Origin: a virus
DNA: 64,000 nt
IMG/VR virus record: IMGVR_UViG_3300025128_000017
Coordinates: 1-64,000 of that record
Direction: 5' to 3' (one strand)
Made by a program: the position numbers and the translations under genes. The notes below the pieces were generated by a model. That model was not told where the DNA came from and searched no databases. It saw nothing but the letters and a program-made list of their open reading frames with translations. Within the stretch, counting starts at the first letter, position 1, and every line of letters starts with the position of its first letter. Positions 30,883 to 39,538 of the stretch are shown one piece after another.

Positions 30883-31308
30883 TCATTCTTCCTCACCCCA
30901 AACATAGTTGTCAAACTTATCCATCAACTCTTGAGTGGAGCATCGCTTGTGACCCCACTCTATTGCTCTAACCAATGCCTCGTATAGTGAGTCAGCATAG
31001 TCCTTCCAATCTCTTTCTGTGAAAAAGTCTGTGTCGGCAGCCCATTCGCTCAATCCATCCACCATAACACGATGTCCTTTTTCTAACATCCATGTCTCAC
31101 AATGGTCAAAGCAGCAGTCATCTCTGTATTCATAGAAGGCTTGAACAATCTGTTGTTCAATGCGTAGTTCCTTCTGCAACCGCTCGACTTCTGCGAGCAG
31201 GTGTGCTATCTTCCTGTAATGGACATCAAGCCAACCGTCATTGTCATCAATGAGTCCAGCATCTTCAACCATCTTCTTCGCATCTTCGTATTTGTCTATG
31301 TCAATCAC
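30883..31308 (-). CDS. MIDxDKYE...LLAEV family protein
   Basis: Shares termini motifs with 37516..37854. Confidence 0.6.
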   Translation of the reverse strand: MIDIDKYEDAKKMVEDAGLIDDNDGWLDVHYRKIAHLLAEVERLQKELRIEQQIVQAFYEYRDDCCFDHCETWMLEKGHRVMVDGLSEWAADTDFFTERDWKDYADSLYEALVRAIEWGHKRCSTQELMDKFDNYVWGEEE

Positions 31309-31730
31309 TCAATCAACTCCAATCCATAATACCCATTACCTCTAACAGTAAATCCCATGTAAAGAGCGTAGCATTTTTCAGAACAAAATACTCTTGTTCC
31401 TACTGCTAAATTTTCTACTATGTATTTTGGTTCGTTATCACACATCGCACAAGCCTTAAGATTACCAAACATTATTCTTCACTCTCCAGCACAAAATGAC
31501 CACCTTGATTATCAAGGAAGTTTTCTATTAAATCATCTAAGTCTTTGAAGGAGCAAATTATCTCCCCATTAGGTTCTACATAATTTATCATTCAATCCAC
31601 CCGCCTTCATCGCCTCTAAGCCGCTTGACTTCTTCACGCAACTTCTGAATTTCTGTTATGAGATTTGTTAGTGTATCTCCCAATGTTCCTCCTTCAGAAA
31701 TAAATTCTGCAAATTCAGGATGGTCTGTCA

Positions 31731-32303
31731 TCATTTTATCACCTCTTTCATTGGTGATGTTAACTCAATCATAGCATTCATCGGCACTGCTTTGACATTC
31801 AGCAATGTATCACCAGCCCTAGTAGATACAGTATGTTCTAACAAATCACTAATTGCTTTGTTCACTGCATCTGCATACTTTGTATCATCAGTCGACCATT
31901 TACTTTCGTTAGCAATTTCCGCAGCAGTATCATCAATAAATTTAGCAACCATTGTGCTGTATACTTCAGGACTAGCATCTTTAGGTACAAAGTTTCGTAC
32001 CATCATACTAACCAATCTACCTACTATTTTCTTAGTAGGTAACTTAGAAGTCATTCGTTGTGTAACTGCACTGCAACTTCTATAACCACGACCATTTGTT
32101 TTTCCTGTCGTTTTAAGTACATCAGGCTGTATCATTAAAGATGCACCCGTCACCAAATCCTGTATATACAATTGAGGGTCAGCATAGTAATCCTCATCTG
32201 CATTATGTCGTTCTTTCTCTTGCTTCGCAATCGGTCCAGCAATGGTTTTCAACACCTTCGCTATTCCATCATTCCATTCTTGTTTCATTATTTCTTCTTT
32301 CAT
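31731..32303 (-). CDS. Hypothetical protein
   Basis: Start MKEEIMK with GGAGG RBS. Confidence 0.6.
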   Translation of the reverse strand: MKEEIMKQEWNDGIAKVLKTIAGPIAKQEKERHNADEDYYADPQLYIQDLVTGASLMIQPDVLKTTGKTNGRGYRSCSAVTQRMTSKLPTKKIVGRLVSMMVRNFVPKDASPEVYSTMVAKFIDDTAAEIANESKWSTDDTKYADAVNKAISDLLEHTVSTRAGDTLLNVKAVPMNAMIELTSPMKEVIK

Positions 32304-32316
32304 ATTTTTTCCTCCT

Positions 32317-33153
32317 TTATTCACCTCTCCACATGGAGTAAGTACCATCGTCATCCACTGTGTATGATGTCAGCCCACTCTCTCCCATGTATGTCATCAT
32401 GTCACTATGCCTTTCCTTCTCTGCCTCAATCTCAGCCTTGCCTTCCTCAGTCTCACTGTATCTCCAACTCTTTATCATGCTCGTATTCATATCCCAATCG
32501 AGCATCGTCTTAGTAATACTTCTCGCTACCTTCAATTGAACCGTGTTCTTGTAGAAGTACTGTCCGTATGGCTCTCTCACTGTGCGAACCTTGTCCCCTC
32601 TATCCAGCGTGACTGTCCAGTCAGTGTCGGATATCATCTTGTTCAACAAACCTCTCGCATTCTCTTGTAGTTCTTCAGGTGTAATACTGGCATCATAATT
32701 CTTCAGTATAGTCAAGAACTCACGGTATGCAACATAGCCTTCTTCGTTCCAATCATCGTTCTCTTTATGCTTTTCCCACAACGCCTTGATGTCAGGCTCA
32801 CCAAATCTAGGACCAAGCAGGTATTGCCTGAACAATGCCGCTTCCAATCGTTCTACGTCTTGATACTGAGCCTCCGACTCGAACACAGAATTACACTCAT
32901 CCTTATCAGGGTGCTGAAAATACTCCGGCATCTTAGAGTAATGATTTGCTTCTGCATTCAGTACTTCAATCAAAGCATGTACTGCTGCATCCATGTCTGT
33001 GTACACATAGGTTTTTTCTCTTTCAACAACTATACCATCGTCACAAAAATCATTGGGGTCTGCTGCCAACTCTTCTTTGGTTCTACTTACTAGCATGAAC
33101 ATTATGTCTATCTCTTCCGTACTACCGTCATCATTCATTATTTCTTCTTTCAT
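32317..33153 (-). CDS. Acidic hypothetical protein
   Basis: Long ORF in operon orientation; exact start uncertain. Confidence 0.6.
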   Translation of the reverse strand: MKEEIMNDDGSTEEIDIMFMLVSRTKEELAADPNDFCDDGIVVEREKTYVYTDMDAAVHALIEVLNAEANHYSKMPEYFQHPDKDECNSVFESEAQYQDVERLEAALFRQYLLGPRFGEPDIKALWEKHKENDDWNEEGYVAYREFLTILKNYDASITPEELQENARGLLNKMISDTDWTVTLDRGDKVRTVREPYGQYFYKNTVQLKVARSITKTMLDWDMNTSMIKSWRYSETEEGKAEIEAEKERHSDMMTYMGESGLTSYTVDDDGTYSMWRGE

Positions 33154-33400
33154 TTTTCTCACTCTCTTCTTTTCCTTTTATTATCGCTTCTTGTAGTTGC
33201 GGAAGAAGCATCTCCGCTTGTTCTAGTGTAAGCCTTACACCATGTCTTGTATGTTGGGATTCACCAACGGGTCTTTGGACATTCATGATTCTCAAGTCTA
33301 TCCATTGCCTGTTGTAGTATTCAATTTGGCTTAGGACAACATGTCCTTTACCATTCTTCCACTTACCTTCAAATGATACATCTCTCCAAATTTCAGTCAT
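33131..33400 (-). CDS. PC4/YdbC-like ssDNA-binding protein
   Basis: 'WIDLRIM...TRHGVRLTLEQ' PC4 signature. Confidence 0.75.
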   Translation of the reverse strand: MTEIWRDVSFEGKWKNGKGHVVLSQIEYYNRQWIDLRIMNVQRPVGESQHTRHGVRLTLEQAEMLLPQLQEAIIKGKEESEKNERRNNE

Positions 33401-33401
33401 T

Positions 33402-33755
33402 TCATTCTTCCTCCATCTTAATTAATTTTTTATTCTGTTCTTTTAAATACTGTTCTTCTTCTAATCTATCTAAAGTAAACAACTTACAACTTTTACATGC
33501 AAATATTTTACCTAAATTAGTAATCATTGAAGCACTTTTTGTATTTTCCTCACCACAACTAGGACATTTAGAATTATCTTCAGTCATCATATAGACTTCA
33601 ATTAATTCCATCTCACCTCTAAAGTTGCCCTTGAATGTGCTGTACACAATGTCAATAGTTTCATCTGAACTATACTTCGCATGACCTGCATCTACCATTA
33701 TATCATCTACACTCATATGGTTTTTACCTTTCTCTTTCATTTCACTTTCACCCAC
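33402..33755 (-). CDS. Zinc-ribbon protein
   Basis: CPSC...CKSC. Confidence 0.55.
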   Translation of the reverse strand: MGESEMKEKGKNHMSVDDIMVDAGHAKYSSDETIDIVYSTFKGNFRGEMELIEVYMMTEDNSKCPSCGEENTKSASMITNLGKIFACKSCKLFTLDRLEEEQYLKEQNKKLIKMEEE

Positions 33756-34006
33756 ACATCGACATTAGCCTTTCTGTTAATACCATATCTTGAACTATGT
33801 AATTTTATTGTATCATCTACTCTAAACTCACTACTTCTTCTTAATATGTGACTAATTTTAAATTTATTAATTGAATGATTGCTAAGTCTTAACAACTTAC
33901 CATTCTTCAATGTCGCACCTTCAAAAATTTCTAACACCGTACATGGTGTGTGTTCATTCGCATATTTCATTATCGCTTCTTCAGCCCTAGCACATATTTT
34001 CTTCAT
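33737..34006 (-). CDS. Basic small protein, possible winged helix
   Basis: 89 aa, coupled to its neighbours. Confidence 0.45.
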   Translation of the reverse strand: MKKICARAEEAIMKYANEHTPCTVLEIFEGATLKNGKLLRLSNHSINKFKISHILRRSSEFRVDDTIKLHSSRYGINRKANVDVWVKVK

Positions 34007-34503
34007 TCATTTTTCCTCCTTTCTATAATTTCTTTATATTTATCATGTTTAAACTTCACTTTGCCACCCTTATGTAGAACTAATTCATCTAAGATACCAT
34101 CAAACATTTCAGATACATGATTTTCTAATCTCAATTGACGTGTATTCAATATTGATAAACTTCTCATATATTTCTCACGTTCTTTCTTAACACCTTTCTT
34201 AATATGTTTTTCAATGTCTTTTTTCAAATTATCTGAAACAATTTTGATGGTTTGCGTTATAGCATCATCAGGAACAATAGAATGAACTACGTGTTTTAAC
34301 TTTTCAAATTCTTCACGCATAAATTCCATATCTAATTCTTCATTGTCCTTTAATACTTTAGGTGGTTTAAGATAGACATTATTCTTTTTCCTACTGTCTC
34401 CTCCAACTCCCTTTTTACATTTGAAACAAAGACCACCCACTGCCTTCATGGAAAACTTTCTAAATTGTGTACCACATTTAGTACATGTTGCAAACATACT
34501 CAT
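34003..34503 (-). CDS. Zn-finger plus coiled-coil protein
   Basis: CTKC...CFKC at the N-terminus. Confidence 0.55.
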   Translation of the reverse strand: MSMFATCTKCGTQFRKFSMKAVGGLCFKCKKGVGGDSRKKNNVYLKPPKVLKDNEELDMEFMREEFEKLKHVVHSIVPDDAITQTIKIVSDNLKKDIEKHIKKGVKKEREKYMRSLSILNTRQLRLENHVSEMFDGILDELVLHKGGKVKFKHDKYKEIIERRKNE

Positions 34504-34636
34504 ATGCTATCCCTCGAACGACTATCATCTTCGTGTACAATTTCTACTGCATCGTATTCATTTATATCTTCTAGGGGAATCCATAGTTTCTTTTCGCCCG
34601 TTACCTTATGTTTCCACTGATGTGTTTGTCTTCGCC

Positions 34637-35176
34637 TCATGCGAACCACGCTCCATAGCCTGTATTGTGTTCACCAAAATCTAAGTTTTCCATAACGCTC
34701 GCAGGTAAACTTTCATACGCAGGTGGTAACGTTAACACATCTTCCATGTCCCATAACCCTAGTAATGCACCATCGTATGCTATACGTAACAAGTGGGGTG
34801 TAGATTTATTAATTCTTAACAAAGGTATAACCCCTCTGTTGACGATATACATTCTAGCAGGTTCTGTATACATTGAGAAATCAAAAGCAGTCATAAAAGA
34901 TAACGGTACATCCCACGCTTCTGCTAGTTCTTCACACAACAACAACCGAGTCATACCATCTTCAATAGATAAGGCTGAATGGATTTCTAACCATCCAGTA
35001 TGTGCAATACCAGTATCTTCTACTTTTGATACTACTTTGGTGAACAGTCTTCGCCTAGCCTCAACATGGTCTGCTACAATGGGGGGTATCAACAATTGCT
35101 TACCTATCTTCTCATTAAGTTCATCCAATGTTTTTTGTATTTGTTTTAATAATATCATACTTCCACCTCCAAACAT
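34637..35176 (-). CDS. Hypothetical protein
   Basis: Operon orientation; GGAGGTG RBS before MILLK. Confidence 0.55.
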   Translation of the reverse strand: MFGGGSMILLKQIQKTLDELNEKIGKQLLIPPIVADHVEARRRLFTKVVSKVEDTGIAHTGWLEIHSALSIEDGMTRLLLCEELAEAWDVPLSFMTAFDFSMYTEPARMYIVNRGVIPLLRINKSTPHLLRIAYDGALLGLWDMEDVLTLPPAYESLPASVMENLDFGEHNTGYGAWFA

Positions 35177-35442
35177 GCTCTCAACTTACCTTGCATATTT
35201 GGTAATAACTTTTTCAATTCCGCAATGAACTCTTCAACATAACCTCCACCCCAATAGTAATCACAATGTTTCAAAAGTCGTATGGTATCTTTCAGAAATT
35301 TAGGGTTAACCTTGCCACCCATATCAACGGAAGTTAAAAACTCATCGTGTACTATGTTTGCCATTCTCTTAGGTGTACCATCGTTGGCCGTTAGTTGTAA
35401 TAACATGAACTTCATTTCTTTTGACAATCTTATCTCGTTCAT
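35155..35442 (-). CDS. Hypothetical protein
   Basis: GGTGA RBS, coupled to its neighbour. Confidence 0.5.
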   Translation of the reverse strand: MNEIRLSKEMKFMLLQLTANDGTPKRMANIVHDEFLTSVDMGGKVNPKFLKDTIRLLKHCDYYWGGGYVEEFIAELKKLLPNMQGKLRACLEVEV

Positions 35443-35581
35443 ACTGTCACCCTCGTTTCTTCTTCACATACATTACAGAAGGGATGTTCCTCACAGTCAT
35501 CTGTAATCTCCATATCTTGATTCACCCACATCTTGAACTCCAAATCAGTAGAGCCACAGTGTTTGCATTCAAACTTGTATG

Positions 35582-36103
35582 TCATGCTGTCACCCCCGTC
35601 CACCAGTCAGGCGGGCTTGTGTGTCTGTAATGCACACCACCTTTACTGTGTATCTTGCTGTGATAATAGGCACGATAGGCTTTGACTGCATCATCATCTT
35701 TGTACTCATCAGGCATAGCCTGAGCGAATGGTGTCAGTCTGTCTCTATTGAGATGGCTGAACCCATCAACGTGCATGGCATTCATGTAACAGATAGCATC
35801 CTCACAAGCATGTTCTTTGCCGAACCTGTGTCTGTACTCAACACACAGTGCTATCCCATGTGATGTCAACCAGTCGAAGTTCTTCCATGAGTCACCAGCC
35901 CACACAGTGCATGGGTGATATTTGTACGCACCCTTGTATGGTGTGCCACTCTTGGTCAATGGCATACGCTCATCTGTGACACCATGCCTACGTAGGGCTG
36001 ATGCCATCATCTGTGCTGTCTCAACAATCATTTTCGGCACTCTCACACAATCCATCGCCTGTGCTGCCCTAATTGGGTTTTCGTCTAATACAAATATATT
36101 CAT
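35582..36103 (-). CDS. Pyrimidine-dimer DNA glycosylase-like protein (DenV-related phage family)
   Basis: 'MNIFVLD..P..AA', 'KMIVETAQM', 'HPCTVW', 'EYRHRFGKEH', 'AYRAYY'. Confidence 0.75.
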   Translation of the reverse strand: MNIFVLDENPIRAAQAMDCVRVPKMIVETAQMMASALRRHGVTDERMPLTKSGTPYKGAYKYHPCTVWAGDSWKNFDWLTSHGIALCVEYRHRFGKEHACEDAICYMNAMHVDGFSHLNRDRLTPFAQAMPDEYKDDDAVKAYRAYYHSKIHSKGGVHYRHTSPPDWWTGVTA

Positions 36104-36387
36104 TTACTCTTCCTCCTCACAAACTTCAACTGTAAAACCACATCCTACACATTCTCCATATTGTAAAATCCATTGAAAATAAGTATCACAGTTTGAACAT
36201 TTTAATAACATTACTCTTCCTCCGCAAAGATACCTGTTGCTTTTTCATAAACAGTATAGATGTCGTTATCGGGATAGAGGTGTCTATGTGTTTCTTCTAA
36301 CCACACAACATATTGAAGGTCTTCTATAAATCTTTTCTCCAATGAGTTAAGTAAATTTCTTAGTTGTTTTATTGTTCTTGTTGGCAT

Positions 36388-36870
36388 TTATTCTTCCTCC
36401 TTACGTACTGCTAATACAATACTTTTGATGTCGCTTATTATTGATGAAACATCTTCAATAGATACGAAATTACCGTACACTTGAGCCGCTAACTCTGACA
36501 TATCTATTTCTGCTGCTACTTCTGCTGAACCAAATTGTGCGTCTACGTCTATCAACTTCGCTAACTTATCGTAATCAATATCTAATTCATACGCAATGTC
36601 GCTACTATTGACATGAGAAGCAACATCTTGTACATCTATCTTGTCTGCTAAGGTGTAGTAATCGACTTCCATGTGGTCAGCAATCTCACTCTCATTCATT
36701 CCACCAGCAATATCAGCAGGGTCAATAGACAGTGCTTCTGCTAATTTATCATAGTCAATATCTATCTCATGTGCTATTTCATAGACCACATCTTCAAGTT
36801 TATCAATTGGTTCACTCATCTTTTTCATTATTCTTTCATCTATCTTTTTATTTATCCATTTCATTATCAT
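36388..36870 (-). CDS. Acidic tandem-repeat protein
   Basis: Repeated 'DIDYDKLA'/'EVDYYTLA' units with ~9-aa periodicity. Confidence 0.65.
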   Translation of the reverse strand: MIMKWINKKIDERIMKKMSEPIDKLEDVVYEIAHEIDIDYDKLAEALSIDPADIAGGMNESEIADHMEVDYYTLADKIDVQDVASHVNSSDIAYELDIDYDKLAKLIDVDAQFGSAEVAAEIDMSELAAQVYGNFVSIEDVSSIISDIKSIVLAVRKEEE

Positions 36871-36970
36871 TCTTTTTCATCTCCTTTCTTTACTCTATAT
36901 TTACCTGCTAGGTAATGTTTATGTCTTGCTTTAAACTTACTAAAATATCTTACTTTTACTGCTGTTTTCA

Positions 36971-37519
36971 TTAGTTCATCTCCTTAAACTTATCTGTTTC
37001 GTTACCCCAAATTTCCCAACCAGTTCTATTTTCCCTACTGAAAACATCTATCTTCTTAGAATTAGGATATAATTTATCTATCATTTCATAGGCATAGTTT
37101 GGTTTTCTGCTATGTTGTCTTGATTTTTCTTCAAACACTGTTAGTAATTTTCCTCTCATATTTTCTGCTATCTTAATCATTTTTGGTTTGTAATACCAAA
37201 TTAAATATTCATGAGAATATCTAACTGTAAATGCAGGTGCTACACCATTTAATTTATTCCAAATAAATATGCAGTGTTTCTTATAACCTCTCTCAAACAT
37301 ATAGTCGTCAACTACTGTAATATATTTATCAATACACCACATAAAAACAGTATTAGTTTCATTTGCTTTGGGAAATATCTCTTTATCTAGCAACGCAAAA
37401 ATATCCTCTATTTCCATAGTCACATAATCTAACTTTCTAGTTTGGTTCGGTCTAGTTTTTCTTAACCCGCCCTTACGTTTCTTCCACGGTGGGTCAATCA
37501 TCAGAATATCATACTTCAT
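36971..37519 (-). CDS. MT-A70-family adenine methyltransferase
   Basis: 'IDPPW', 'FMW', 'WNK', 'HSRKP', 'DVFSR...GWEIWGNE'. Confidence 0.9.
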   Translation of the reverse strand: MKYDILMIDPPWKKRKGGLRKTRPNQTRKLDYVTMEIEDIFALLDKEIFPKANETNTVFMWCIDKYITVVDDYMFERGYKKHCIFIWNKLNGVAPAFTVRYSHEYLIWYYKPKMIKIAENMRGKLLTVFEEKSRQHSRKPNYAYEMIDKLYPNSKKIDVFSRENRTGWEIWGNETDKFKEMN

Positions 37520-37854
37520 TCTTTCACCTCACAATAGTCTCCTATTTTTCTTTCAATCAATTCCTTTACAATGACCCTATCAACATGGGGATAATCTTCC
37601 TCAAGTATCTCCCATATCGCAATCAATTCATCAGCCATTGGCTGCAACTGCTTGACTTCTGCTAGGAGAAGTGGTGCGTCTGCTATGAGTTGTGCATTGG
37701 GATGGTCGTTGTCAGTGAAGTAAGATGTCTCAGTCACCAACACCCCGTTTGCATCTACAATGTCAAGGTGAGAGCCTTCATCATCGTATGGCTGTCCTTC
37801 GGCAGTTCGCCACGGTGCTTCGTTATGTCCTTCGTATTTGTCTGTGTCAATCAT
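37516..37854 (-). CDS. MIDxDKYE...LLAEV family protein
   Basis: 'GHNEAPW...NAQLIADAPLLLAEVKQL'. Confidence 0.65.
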   Translation of the reverse strand: MIDTDKYEGHNEAPWRTAEGQPYDDEGSHLDIVDANGVLVTETSYFTDNDHPNAQLIADAPLLLAEVKQLQPMADELIAIWEILEEDYPHVDRVIVKELIERKIGDYCEVKE

Positions 37855-38264
37855 TCCTCTTCACTTCCCGCTGGTGTATATCTTCCGCCTATGATATTAA
37901 TTACTAAGTTCGCTTCTTCAGCAAACCGAATCATTCTTTGTATCTCTTGGTCTAAAGGTTGTAAGTCAAGCATAGCACCTTCAGGATGATTCGCTTCACT
38001 ACCTTTAATGAACATCTGATATGAACCATCTGCATACTTGAGTACATCAAATGGTATATACATCAATTCACCTGAAGCAGCCGACTTAAGTATCGCTGGT
38101 TGTTCTCTTAACCACAAAGAAACATCGTCAGCAGTACGCATCTTCAAAGCGATACCATACTTCCGACCATGTTTAACAGTAGCACTAACACCTTGTATGT
38201 GTAGTCTACCTATATCATAGTTACATTTCACTTGCATTCTTTCTTCTTCTTGTTCATTCATCAT
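37851..38264 (-). CDS. Hypothetical protein
   Basis: First gene after the promoter at 38294; GAGGT RBS. Confidence 0.6.
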   Translation of the reverse strand: MMNEQEEERMQVKCNYDIGRLHIQGVSATVKHGRKYGIALKMRTADDVSLWLREQPAILKSAASGELMYIPFDVLKYADGSYQMFIKGSEANHPEGAMLDLQPLDQEIQRMIRFAEEANLVINIIGGRYTPAGSEEE

Positions 38265-38293
38265 TTTTATTACCTCTTTTTATTATTTTAATC

Positions 38294-38310
38294 TGTTCTT
38301 TTATATACTG
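38294..38310 (-). promoter_or_regulatory. Repeated promoter CAGTATATAAAAGAACA
   Basis: Exact 17-mer in intergenic gap. Confidence 0.85.
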
Positions 38311-38314
38311 TTTT

Positions 38315-39538
38315 TTAAATCCAATCATCCAAACTCCCCTTATCTAAACCTACATCTTTGTCACGTTCGACAAATTCATCAAAAGTCATTAATTTTTTAT
38401 CACTAGGTATCACAACCTCTTTTGAACATACAAGATGTTCTTCAAAGTGTAAGAATACAAGTGGTCTAACTCTACCGGATATGTCACACTTGTACTGTCT
38501 ATCTTCCCATCTTTTTCCACCATTTTTTATTCGTAAGTTTTTAGAATTACTACCGTACTTGTTTAATTTTATCAGATGTAGTTTACTAATTTCATTGTAC
38601 GTTTCTAATGGATGGAACATCTCACCAGTTTCTTCACACTTCACTTCACAGTAATCTTCATAGTTCTCATCATCCAAAGTCATTTCACCTAACCCATACA
38701 CCATATCTGTGCTACCACATATAGTACAAGGCAACTTAGCATTTGATTTCTTATCAGTTCTGAACTCGTACTGACCGCAAACATCACACCAGTATAAGAC
38801 ATAACCTTTGATATGAGTGTTAGGTATTGTCTTATGCTTACTTTTCTTGCTAGTAAAATAATTCTTACCTACCTGCTTCTTCTTACTTTTCTTCTTACTA
38901 TTCCTTTCTAACTCAAACTCAAGTTCATCAGGGTCAAATGCTTTTGATGGTGAACTCCAATCAAATACGGATGCTGAACTAGACAATGTTTGTACCTTAT
39001 CTTCACCGTGTGGTATTTGACATACTGTGGCTATATATTCTTGTTGTGACTGGGCTTCTACTGCATGGCTACAATAACTGTCTCGTACCCACTGTATCAA
39101 CTCACCTGCATCTTTCCATGTTTGATTCTTCTTCTCAATCATAAGGTGGGCTAAGATAGCCAACTGAACACCAGTACGACCATGACCACCCATACATTGA
39201 CAAGAGATAGATTTGATACCCTTGGTCTTTATATCAGCAACAAGTGATACCCAAAACTCTCTACCTACATTACTAGGTATGCTGAAGTCAGGCCACTCTA
39301 ATTCAATAATGTGTGGTGTATCAATTGCTTGTACATGATTAACACAAGTAAATCCGTCTGGTATAACATCAAACTTACGTGCTGTCCTGATAACACCTTG
39401 TGGACCAATGGCTAAATCAGGCCGTGGCTTCATTTGCATCCAACCACCATTACGTGTATTACCACCAGCGTATATTCTAATACCATCACTTGTTTCAAAC
39501 ACTAAAGGATTACCTGTGTGACAATTTACTTTACTCAT
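38315..39538 (-). CDS. Tyrosine/dual-specificity (CX5R) phosphatase with C-terminal Zn ribbons
   Basis: 'WPDFSIP' loop, 'CMGGHGRTG' P-loop, 'WVRDSY...AVEAQSQ'; CxxC pairs. Confidence 0.88.
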   Translation of the reverse strand: MSKVNCHTGNPLVFETSDGIRIYAGGNTRNGGWMQMKPRPDLAIGPQGVIRTARKFDVIPDGFTCVNHVQAIDTPHIIELEWPDFSIPSNVGREFWVSLVADIKTKGIKSISCQCMGGHGRTGVQLAILAHLMIEKKNQTWKDAGELIQWVRDSYCSHAVEAQSQQEYIATVCQIPHGEDKVQTLSSSASVFDWSSPSKAFDPDELEFELERNSKKKSKKKQVGKNYFTSKKSKHKTIPNTHIKGYVLYWCDVCGQYEFRTDKKSNAKLPCTICGSTDMVYGLGEMTLDDENYEDYCEVKCEETGEMFHPLETYNEISKLHLIKLNKYGSNSKNLRIKNGGKRWEDRQYKCDISGRVRPLVFLHFEEHLVCSKEVVIPSDKKLMTFDEFVERDKDVGLDKGSLDDWI

